Origin: a virus
DNA length: 38,608 bases
Virus record (IMG/VR): IMGVR_UViG_3300047170_000031
Location: 1 to 38,608 of that record
Reading direction: 5' to 3' (one strand)
The first letter of the stretch is position 1. Each line of letters starts with the position of its first letter. This document shows, in pieces, positions 26,255 through 33,202 of the stretch. The position numbers were made by a program, and so were the translations under genes. Under the pieces are notes generated by a model that was not told the DNA's origin, searched no databases, and saw only the letters and a list, made by a program, of their open reading frames with translations.

Positions 26255-26271
26255 AACTTATGCAAGGCGCC

Positions 26272-26313
26272 TTATCGGCGAGACTTGCGACCGCGCCGTT
26301 TCTTGCGAGCCAT
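26272..26313 (-). CDS. Arginine-rich micro-ORF 2, 13 aa: MARKKRRGRKSRR
   Basis: AGGAG-N7-ATG. Its stop lies 17 nt upstream of the terminator hairpin. Confidence 0.35.
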   Translation of the reverse strand: MARKKRRGRKSRR

Positions 26314-26380
26314 TGTGCATCTCCTATCATGGGCTACATTTCCCCCCTCTTGGATGCTGCACTCGAACCGTATCATACGG

Positions 26381-26413
26381 TCATCGACGAGTCTTGCGTT
26401 TATGACGTCGCAT
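26381..26413 (-). CDS. Arginine-rich micro-ORF 1, 10 aa: MRRHKRKTRR
   Basis: GGGAGG-N5-ATG. The ATG begins 2 nt after the portal stop codon. Confidence 0.3.
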   Translation of the reverse strand: MRRHKRKTRR

Positions 26414-26415
26414 CG

Positions 26416-28065
26416 CTACCTCCCGCGTGGCATGGCCTTCGCTCTGATTTCCATCTCCTTCAACTGCTCCTCTTTGGCCGCCTTCGCAGCCTCAGCCGGT
26501 TCGATCTCCGATTCGTAATCGTAGATCAACTGTTCACGCATGGGAACATTGACAAGCTGCAGCAGCCGCTTCTTGCTGATGGCGCCGATCTTCGCGAGTT
26601 CAAACGCAATCTGCGTCTGGTCCTCCATGAAAATCGGGCTGTTCGAGTGTCCGTCGACCTTGACGACGAAGTCCGAGGTGAACTGCGCCAGGATGAAAGT
26701 CGTGGGGTCCTTGCCTTCTTCCTTCAGGCGCCGCTTGTCGTATTCTTGTTTCACTTGAAGAATTAGCGTCGCGACTTTCTCAAGGGAATCCTCGACGATC
26801 ATGGCGCGCTTCTTGACGCGCGAAGATCCTAAGCGTGCGAGTTGGCTCGCGTGGCCGCTTGAGCGCACGCCGGCCTCGCCCTTGCCCTCCATCACGTTGT
26901 TGATTCCCGAGATGTCCGAGAACATGGCCTCAATGCGGTCGACGTCACGGAACAGATCGTCCGGGATCTGCGGCACCAGCTCGTCGACCTTCGCGCCGGG
27001 CATGTCGGTGTTCACCTGACCATCCGGCGTGTCGAAGGCGAACGCGATCTCATCCGTGATGCCGGGGAAACCCGTAAACGCTTTCGGCGGCCGGGCCTGC
27101 TTCGCCATCATGTGACGCAGTTCCTCCCAGCGCTGATTCAGCAAGTCCTGCACCGGAATGAGGCGCTCGCACTCGATGTAGCCGTAGAAATAATCGTACG
27201 CCGGGATCGGGCAGACCTGAGTGAAGGGTAGTTCGGCCTTCATGAACAGCCCCTCGAGCGGCCGGTCGTACACCAGCACGTAGGGATCGGCCATCGTCAC
27301 GACCTGATAGTCGTCGATCTCGTCGTTCCAGACGTACATCTCCTGCATCTCGATCATGGGCTCCGAGACTTTCGGCATGTAGCGCTGGATGATGGCGAGA
27401 TCGAAGTCGAGGTTTCCGATCACCATCGGCGATGACGCCGAGGTGATGATGCGGTCGAGCGGGGAAACCTGCGCGGTCGCAATTTTCGGACCCTTCGTGA
27501 CGTGCGTCAGAATTTCCTCGCGCCTGGGGTGGTATTTCAGTTCGTTGCGAAGCTGCGATTCGGTGATGTAGTAGCTATGGGTCACCGCCTCCTGCTCCGA
27601 GAGCATGGGCGTGTCCTCGCGTAGCACCCCGAAATTGTGCGGATCGACCACGTACGGACGGATCGACTTACCGTTCCACATGGTTTTGATGAACGTCGAG
27701 CCATAGACGAGCGCCCACAGGAGCGCGAGTCCGAAGGTGATGTCCATGTTGGACGAATTCCACTCGTCATTGACCGCCTTGTTGACGCTGGCGAGCTTCT
27801 TAAATTCCAGGTCGGACACTGACACGCCGAGTTGGGTCGCGAACCGCGTGGTTTCCTGGCTGTAGAGGAACGAGGTCAGTTGATCGAGATGCGGATACAG
27901 CTTGTTGAACCGCGCGGGCGACTGGGACGAGCCGTCCGAGCCGTACATGTAATAGTTTCGCATCGTCTGGTAGAGCCGGCGCCGATCGCCGCGGCTCGCG
28001 TTGCACGACTGGGCCGTGGCCTCATAAAAAGCCCACCTGTCGTCGACGTTTTTCGGGATCAGCAC
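26416..28065 (-). CDS. Portal protein candidate, 549 aa
   Basis: Size and position (TerL, two small genes, then this gene, then scaffold and capsid). GTG start abutting the upstream TAA. Confidence 0.7.
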   Translation of the reverse strand: MLIPKNVDDRWAFYEATAQSCNASRGDRRRLYQTMRNYYMYGSDGSSQSPARFNKLYPHLDQLTSFLYSQETTRFATQLGVSVSDLEFKKLASVNKAVNDEWNSSNMDITFGLALLWALVYGSTFIKTMWNGKSIRPYVVDPHNFGVLREDTPMLSEQEAVTHSYYITESQLRNELKYHPRREEILTHVTKGPKIATAQVSPLDRIITSASSPMVIGNLDFDLAIIQRYMPKVSEPMIEMQEMYVWNDEIDDYQVVTMADPYVLVYDRPLEGLFMKAELPFTQVCPIPAYDYFYGYIECERLIPVQDLLNQRWEELRHMMAKQARPPKAFTGFPGITDEIAFAFDTPDGQVNTDMPGAKVDELVPQIPDDLFRDVDRIEAMFSDISGINNVMEGKGEAGVRSSGHASQLARLGSSRVKKRAMIVEDSLEKVATLILQVKQEYDKRRLKEEGKDPTTFILAQFTSDFVVKVDGHSNSPIFMEDQTQIAFELAKIGAISKKRLLQLVNVPMREQLIYDYESEIEPAEAAKAAKEEQLKEMEIRAKAMPRGR

Positions 28066-28521
28066 TTACTCAGCCGGCGGCCGGAAAGGCTGGTGACGGA
28101 TGATGGGCGTCGGGCCGGACAGGAGCGGCTTGACCTCGGCGATGCGATTCTCCGCGGGGGCGCCATAGGTGCCAGGGCTCACGGTTTTCGCGGTCTCGCC
28201 GCGCTGCGACCAGCCTGGCGCGGCATGATCGACGTGCCCCCAGGTCGGCGAGAACGACGGTTTCTTGCGCAAGGTCGTCATGACCGATTCGCCGTCGCCG
28301 CCGTTCGCGATGTCGCTCATCCCGTAGGAATCGGCGAGCGACTGCACGGTGGCATCGGTGCGATCGGTGGCGCCCGAGCGGATCGCCGGGGCGCTGCGGA
28401 TCTCCTGGACGACGAACCGCGGCGAGCAGCCGGACGGACAGCGGCCCGAGGCGTTCTCGAACGGCCCGTGAGCTGCGCAAGCCCATTCCTTCACGATTCG
28501 CGGCATGGCCCTATTTACCAT
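28066..28521 (-). CDS. Hypothetical Cys-containing protein, ~151 aa
   Basis: Start moved to ATG 28521 (alternative 28506). The 38 codons upstream have hand-counted GC3 of only about 55%. Contains WACAAHGPFENASGRCPSGCSP. Confidence 0.5.
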   Translation of the reverse strand: MVNRAMPRIVKEWACAAHGPFENASGRCPSGCSPRFVVQEIRSAPAIRSGATDRTDATVQSLADSYGMSDIANGGDGESVMTTLRKKPSFSPTWGHVDHAAPGWSQRGETAKTVSPGTYGAPAENRIAEVKPLLSGPTPIIRHQPFRPPAE

Positions 28522-28601
28522 AGCACCCGCCCGTTTGCGAGGTTCGCCGCCGCGCGCTACAGTGGCGCCGAACCTTGTAGGGCAGAGTGTTGCCGCCGGT
28601 T

Positions 28602-29105
28602 TTACGGCCGGCGGCTCTTTTCCGAGAGCTGCCACGTCGGCACGTTCACGAACGCATCGCGAAATTCCGGCAGCCGCGGCGGAGGCTTGATGCGGTGCGC
28701 CGACAGTGTGAGCCCCGCCACCGTTGCCTGCCCGTGGATCACCCGCGGCCGGTTGATGACCGGCGGGCGCGGCGGATCGGTGTAGACGCCCTCGACGCGC
28801 TTGTTGGGGAACCGCGTCGGCACGATGTAGCCGTCCAGAATGTCATTGATCCGGGCGGTCAGGCGCACCTGTTCTCGAGGCCAGATCCACGTCCGCGTCA
28901 GTTTGCTCTTGATCGCGTATTTGCTGTTCATCCCCAAGCTGCGCTGCAGGCCATGAATCCCGCCCGGGAACCAGCCGTACGCCGGATCGGTCGACAGGGT
29001 CCGAAGCCACTCGCGGATTTCCTCAAACCGCATCACGTTCGGGCTGATGATTTCGTGCGGGTGATCGCGCGTGAAGGCGAAGCCGCTGGCGGTAACGACC
29101 TTCAT
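28602..29105 (-). CDS. Hypothetical protein, 167 aa
   Basis: ATGA overlap with the TerL stop. Confidence 0.55.
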   Translation of the reverse strand: MKVVTASGFAFTRDHPHEIISPNVMRFEEIREWLRTLSTDPAYGWFPGGIHGLQRSLGMNSKYAIKSKLTRTWIWPREQVRLTARINDILDGYIVPTRFPNKRVEGVYTDPPRPPVINRPRVIHGQATVAGLTLSAHRIKPPPRLPEFRDAFVNVPTWQLSEKSRRP

Positions 29106-30916
29106 CGACGCATGCCCGTGGTCTGCTTGATGCCGATCTTCTTCAGGTAATTCGCGACCATCTTGTCGACCACGCCGCCCGGACCTGTGCCCTCGGCCGC
29201 GGTCACGAGTTCCCGTGTCGCGTTGATCGTCAGCAGCCGCGTGCGCTCCTGGTCGTTCCAGGTCACGCAGGCGAGCGCGGCGGCGATCACGCGGTCATCT
29301 TTCGAGCGGTCGGGCGCGGCCGGCGCCGCTCCGCCCTCGCGCACGATGGATTTCATCTCATCGAGCAGCCCCCGGGATCGCACCTCGATCATGCCACGCT
29401 CGAAATAGTCGCGGAAGGTGTTCATCATGCGCTCTTTGAAGTCGTGACCCATCAGGGTATGCACGCCCATCGCCGAGCCCGTGATCCCGTCCAGGCGCTT
29501 GTAGAGGTACGAGCCCATGTTCCGGGTGACGTGCATCAGGGTCCGCGCCTCGCGCTGCTGGGTGTCGTTCTGCCCGCGCGCGACCATCGCCCGCTTCATA
29601 TTTTGAAGCTCTGCCAGCACAGACTGACCTGGCCCGTTAATTTCCAGATTGACACGGCAAGGCTCATACGCGCCCGCCAAGTAAGCGAGTACCCACGCGA
29701 AGGAATAAGTCGCCATGTCGGGATCGACGAATTCCGCCACCTGTACGATCCCATCAGAGTAGCAACGCCACACTGATAGACAAAAACGGTCTGCCCATTC
29801 GGATGATCCATACGCTGGATCAGCTCCCATGACATACGTGCCCTTCGCTTTCGGTTCCTCCCAGACGCGAAGGGTCGCCAGCTTTTCAGGAGTGGCGATG
29901 AGCGTAGTGTCGCTAAACGTGGTGCCGATCTGAATCCGGTAGTATCGCGGTCGCTCATAGCCTCGCTCCCTCTTGTAGCCGTCGCTGATGGATGATGCCG
30001 TGAAGAACTGCGAGCCGGTCGCGATGAAGGCGTGGTTTTCGGTGGGCGGGAATTCCTGCATCATGGTGATCTCATCACCGATGTCCTCGGCCACCTTCCA
30101 GCGCCACCACGCCATCTGCGTATCGTCGATCTCGACGTTGTAGAGGGACTTGACCTCACGAATCCACTCGCGTTCATCCGACGTCGGCCGTCCCTTGTGC
30201 CCCCAGTAGGCTTTCCACAGGTCCGAATGCCGTTTCGCGCGGTAGAAGTCGTTCGCCCAGAACGAGACGAATATCGCCTTCTGCGTGTGCGCCTTCTTCG
30301 CTTCCTCCCACATGTCATAGAAGTGGTTGAAGCCGCGCGCGGTCGACTCCCAGTGATAGAAGCGGCGCGGGTTGGTCTCCGCGAGCGACGCCTTCAAGGA
30401 CTTCAGTCCTTCAGGGTCTCCCCACGAACTGATTTCTGTTGCATGTAGGAATGGAATTGCAGCAGAGCGTCCAAGTCCCCCGCCACCTGTTTTTCTTTGG
30501 CCGGCGACTCGGTACATGAGTCGGGATTTGTTGGCAAAGATTTGCGCGTTGCGGTTGTTGACGAGCCTGCGCTGCTTGAACTGTTCCGGCAGGCCGTCGT
30601 AATACATATCGAGTGTGACCCGGAACTGGTCTCTTGAAGGCTCATCGTGAGTAACGAGCATTCCTGACAGGGCTCGATACTTGAAGATCCAGTACAGATC
30701 GAACGCGAGCGAGATAGTAGATATGCCAATTTGCCGACACTTAAGGGTGACGAAATTACGGACACCATTTTCCATTCCTTGAGCGATTTCGTTCGCGACG
30801 TGGGTTTGAGTGCCGAGCAGTGATCGTCCAAGATAGATCTCCCCCTGTTCCTTCGTGTCGATTTTCAGCGCGTTGCAGAATCGATAAAACGCGCGCAGGT
30901 CAAACGCTTCGCTCAC
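29102..30916 (-). CDS. terL: Terminase large subunit, 604 aa
   Basis: Walker-A variant LKCRQIGIST, typical of the Terminase_6-type ATPase, followed by a nuclease-size C-terminal half. GTG start in a GTGA overlap. Confidence 0.85.
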   Translation of the reverse strand: MSEAFDLRAFYRFCNALKIDTKEQGEIYLGRSLLGTQTHVANEIAQGMENGVRNFVTLKCRQIGISTISLAFDLYWIFKYRALSGMLVTHDEPSRDQFRVTLDMYYDGLPEQFKQRRLVNNRNAQIFANKSRLMYRVAGQRKTGGGGLGRSAAIPFLHATEISSWGDPEGLKSLKASLAETNPRRFYHWESTARGFNHFYDMWEEAKKAHTQKAIFVSFWANDFYRAKRHSDLWKAYWGHKGRPTSDEREWIREVKSLYNVEIDDTQMAWWRWKVAEDIGDEITMMQEFPPTENHAFIATGSQFFTASSISDGYKRERGYERPRYYRIQIGTTFSDTTLIATPEKLATLRVWEEPKAKGTYVMGADPAYGSSEWADRFCLSVWRCYSDGIVQVAEFVDPDMATYSFAWVLAYLAGAYEPCRVNLEINGPGQSVLAELQNMKRAMVARGQNDTQQREARTLMHVTRNMGSYLYKRLDGITGSAMGVHTLMGHDFKERMMNTFRDYFERGMIEVRSRGLLDEMKSIVREGGAAPAAPDRSKDDRVIAAALACVTWNDQERTRLLTINATRELVTAAEGTGPGGVVDKMVANYLKKIGIKQTTGMRR

Positions 30917-31104
30917 TTGCGCCTTCCGGCCCACAGCAGGATGACGATGCCAATTGAGAACGCGATCGACATGATCCACGCGAACGGCCAGTCCCAGTGA
31001 TTGACGACGACCAGCTTCGTGCCGTTCGGGATCTCGATGATCTGGCCCTGCTTCGCGATGTTGTCGTAGGGGTGGTAATCGTCGTCGGGCGTTGGGTTCA
31101 GCAT
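30913..31104 (-). CDS. Small C-terminally anchored membrane protein, 63 aa
   Basis: TMD WPFAWIMSIAFSIGIVILLWAG followed by RRK. Confidence 0.5.
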   Translation of the reverse strand: MLNPTPDDDYHPYDNIAKQGQIIEIPNGTKLVVVNHWDWPFAWIMSIAFSIGIVILLWAGRRK

Positions 31105-31295
31105 TTGATGACCATTTTGACCGCGTACATGTGCGCCGTTCGCTCTGCCTCGCGGACCATGTCTTTATAGCTCCAGCCTTCTTCGCTTTTGATGATGCGA
31201 AGCAGAATCGTGCGATCCGCGGTCAGCAGCTCAAAAGTCCACAGACACGTCCCGGTCGCAAAGGTTTCCTGCCGGACGAGCAGGGTCATCATCAC
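31098..31295 (-). CDS. Hypothetical protein, 65 aa
   Basis: GTGA overlap with the upstream stop. Confidence 0.45.
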   Translation of the reverse strand: MMMTLLVRQETFATGTCLWTFELLTADRTILLRIIKSEEGWSYKDMVREAERTAHMYAVKMVIKC

Positions 31296-31561
31296 TGCAG
31301 GAGCGTGCTTCCGGGCGCCTGCGCTCGAGCGAGCGAGCGCGCAAGCTTGTCGATCTCATCGCGGGTGCCTGCAAGCAGGCTGTTCACGTTCGTGAGCGCC
31401 CGCTTAATGTCCTCGTCCGAGACCTCGCGCGAGTCCTCGTACACACCGATGACGACGCCGCGCTTCAAGACCTCATCGAGGTACATGATGGCGCGCAGCA
31501 GCGGCGAGTAATCGACCTTCGTCGAGACGGGTTCACGGCTTGTGCGCTGCATCCTCGCCAC
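31292..31561 (-). CDS. Hypothetical protein, 89 aa (alternative start ATG 31552)
   Basis: ORF in the operon strand. GGGAG lies before GTG 31561. Confidence 0.5.
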   Translation of the reverse strand: MARMQRTSREPVSTKVDYSPLLRAIMYLDEVLKRGVVIGVYEDSREVSDEDIKRALTNVNSLLAGTRDEIDKLARSLARAQAPGSTLLQ

Positions 31562-31805
31562 TGCTCCCTGCAGGTTTGACGGGGTCGCGTTTCGGCGGAC
31601 CCTCGTTCACGATGTGATTCTTGAGCGCCTGAGCCTGCCAGCGCCAGTCGTGGATGTCGAGCGCGACGCGCCCGTACACCCGCTGGTAAATCTCGCGGAT
31701 CGCATGCATGAGGCCGTGGATGTTTTTCGAGGCGACCGCTTCGGCGGCCTCGAACCGCGCCTCGCCGTGGCGCAGCAGCTTCTGGACCTGTTCTGCGGTG
31801 TCCAT
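31533..31805 (-). CDS. Hypothetical helical protein, 90 aa
   Basis: ATG 31805 lies just after both candidate upstream stops. Confidence 0.55.
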   Translation of the reverse strand: MDTAEQVQKLLRHGEARFEAAEAVASKNIHGLMHAIREIYQRVYGRVALDIHDWRWQAQALKNHIVNEGPPKRDPVKPAGSSGEDAAHKP

Positions 31806-32329
31806 CAGGTCACGTCGAGTTCGCGCGGGTCATCCCGCCCGTCCCCGCGTTCATCCGGGACGACGCGGAGCCTTGGGACGTCCCCCGGCCCGAAATGTTC
31901 GAGCGCCGGGCCTCCCCCTGCGAACGCGCTGCCAGGGAAGCCTGGGCTGCCTGCATCTGCTGCGGCGTCATGCGCGGGGTCGTCGGGCGCGACGCCGGCA
32001 TGCCTGGCGTTACGACTCCCATCGGCGAAATTCCGGTCGACATGGTTCAGATCCTCGAGTGACAGGTAAATGTACCGCAGTTTCGGCGGAATCGAAAAAC
32101 CGAATATACGCTCGCCCGCGATCGGGCAGGCGGCGCAGGGCTCGAAAATCGACACGTTATGGAAACAGAACAGCGGGACGTTCAGGCGCTTATACCCTTG
32201 CGGTGCGGGCGCCTTCTCGCCGGATGCCTCCAGCGCGGCGGAGATCGCGCGCGCGCCGATCGCGTCCTCGGTCATGCCCGGTGTCGCGCACATCCCGCGG
32301 ATCATGAAGCCGAGTTCCGTGGGGGTCAT
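31805..32329 (-). CDS. Hypothetical protein, 174 aa as read; the C-terminal ~80 aa may not be genuine
   Basis: Start MTPTELGF in an ATGA overlap with the 26-aa ORF. GC3 is about 80% up to 32044, then drops to 72%. Confidence 0.5.
   Translation of the reverse strand: MTPTELGFMIRGMCATPGMTEDAIGARAISAALEASGEKAPAPQGYKRLNVPLFCFHNVSIFEPCAACPIAGERIFGFSIPPKLRYIYLSLEDLNHVDRNFADGSRNARHAGVAPDDPAHDAAADAGSPGFPGSAFAGGGPALEHFGPGDVPRLRVVPDERGDGRDDPRELDVT
31810..32043 (-). CDS. Nested 77-aa Ser/Thr/Gly/Met-rich ORF (+1 frame inside 31805..32329)
   Basis: GAGGA-N8-ATG. Hand-counted GC3 is 66/78 (85%), higher than the enclosing frame over the same bases (57/79, 72%). Confidence 0.45.
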   Translation of the reverse strand: MSTGISPMGVVTPGMPASRPTTPRMTPQQMQAAQASLAARSQGEARRSNISGRGTSQGSASSRMNAGTGGMTRANST

Positions 32330-32406
32330 CGCGCCAGCATGGTCACGAAGTTTTGGGGCGTGTTGTCGTGCCCGACCCCATGCCAACGTTTGATCTTATC
32401 GTTCAC
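32326..32406 (-). CDS. 26-aa coupling micro-ORF (VNDKIKRWHGVGHDNTPQNFVTMLAR)
   Basis: GTGA overlap upstream and ATGA overlap downstream. GC3 is 20/26, versus 8/19 for the competing long start at 32386. Confidence 0.35.
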   Translation of the reverse strand: MNDKIKRWHGVGHDNTPQNFVTMLAR

Positions 32407-32858
32407 GGTGCTACCTCTGTCTGAGATTGTGAGGATGCTGCTACGGCGTCCCATATGCCGCGCCTGAAAACGTTCGGCTGATTTTTCTCAAGCCAAGTGA
32501 TTATCGCTGCAATGCGTTTTTCTGCGGCGGCAAGATCCGCTCCAAGTGCCTGATACTCATCCACTCTTTTGCGGATCAGTTCAGACACCGCAGTCCCAAA
32601 CATACCGGCGCTGATGTCGTGGCCGTCCGGGTGAGCGTCGTCAGCCGCCACGGCATGGGCAAGCTCCGTCGCCATCACAGTAATCATTGCTCCGCGTACG
32701 CTCATGGGGCTACCTCTGTTTGAGATGGTGTTGACGCGGCGAAGGTACGTCTGCACACGCGCCCAATCTTTGGGATGCACCCAGAACTGGCGGAGGACAT
32801 AGCCCTCCGCTCGCATCCGTTGCCGCTCGTCGCGCTTGCGTTGCGCGGCATCCTTCAT
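32403..32858 (-). CDS. Protein with an N-terminal ribbon-helix-helix/antitoxin-like basic segment, 151 aa; possible internal start at 32705
   Basis: MKDAAQRKRDERQRMRAEGYVLRQFWVHPKDW resembles the R.R.R..G...v.vWVp motif of small RHH/antitoxin-like proteins. ATGA overlap with the upstream stop. Confidence 0.55.
   Translation of the reverse strand: MKDAAQRKRDERQRMRAEGYVLRQFWVHPKDWARVQTYLRRVNTISNRGSPMSVRGAMITVMATELAHAVAADDAHPDGHDISAGMFGTAVSELIRKRVDEYQALGADLAAAEKRIAAIITWLEKNQPNVFRRGIWDAVAASSQSQTEVAP
32413..32433 (-). repeat. 21-bp element, copy 1 (minus-strand reading CTCACAATCTCAGACAGAGGT)
   Basis: Identical to 33203..33223. Overlaps the end of ORF 32403..32858 and provides the SD for the next start. 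Confidence 0.9.
32712..32730 (-). repeat. 21-bp element, degenerate copy 2 (17 of 19 aligned positions)
   Basis: Minus-strand reading CACCATCTCAAACAGAGGT, followed by AGCCCCATGA. Lies inside ORF 32403..32858 in a different reading frame from copy 1. Confidence 0.7.
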
Positions 32859-33085
32859 AAGGTGGCCGTGGGGTCGCTGCAAATCTTGCATTTGCACTCG
32901 AAAACACCCGGTAAGCATTTGATCGCTTGAGTCTTGCTGTCCTCATGGATCGTATGGCAGTCACCATTCGTCCACCCTTTGTTGAGATAAATCCAGTAGC
33001 CATCTTCATCGGCCTCGCAGTCCTGAATCATCGGGTAATATTTCTTGGCGATACCCTTCACCTGTTCGGCTTTCTGTGCTGCCAT
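32855..33085 (-). CDS. First gene after the strong promoter, 76 aa, Cys-rich C-terminus
   Basis: GGAGA-N5-ATG. Translation MAAQKAEQVKGIAKKYYPMIQDCEADEDGYWIYLNKGW...CKCKIC. Confidence 0.6.
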   Translation of the reverse strand: MAAQKAEQVKGIAKKYYPMIQDCEADEDGYWIYLNKGWTNGDCHTIHEDSKTQAIKCLPGVFECKCKICSDPTATL

Positions 33086-33117
33086 AAATGTCTCCGGTTT
33101 GTTTGACTGACGGATAC

Positions 33118-33146
33118 AGTATAGCACGTGACATGTCACATGTCAA
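33118..33146 (-). promoter_or_regulatory. Near-consensus sigma70 promoter with a palindromic operator in the spacer
   Basis: Minus-strand reading TTGACA (33146-33141), 17-nt spacer TGTGACATGTCACGTGC, TATACT (33123-33118). The spacer contains the perfect 12-bp palindrome GTGACATGTCAC (33128-33139). Confidence 0.75.
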
Positions 33147-33202
33147 GCTGAGTCGCTGCTCACAATCCACCGACAGCATCCTTTGCAGATTGTGACGGCT
33201 TC

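Noticed and set aside
28522-28635. Upstream extension of gene 28066..28635
   Set aside because: Hand-counted GC3 is about 55% over the first 38 codons. The extension also overlaps the 3' end of 28602..29105. Internal ATGs at 28521 or 28506 are more plausible.
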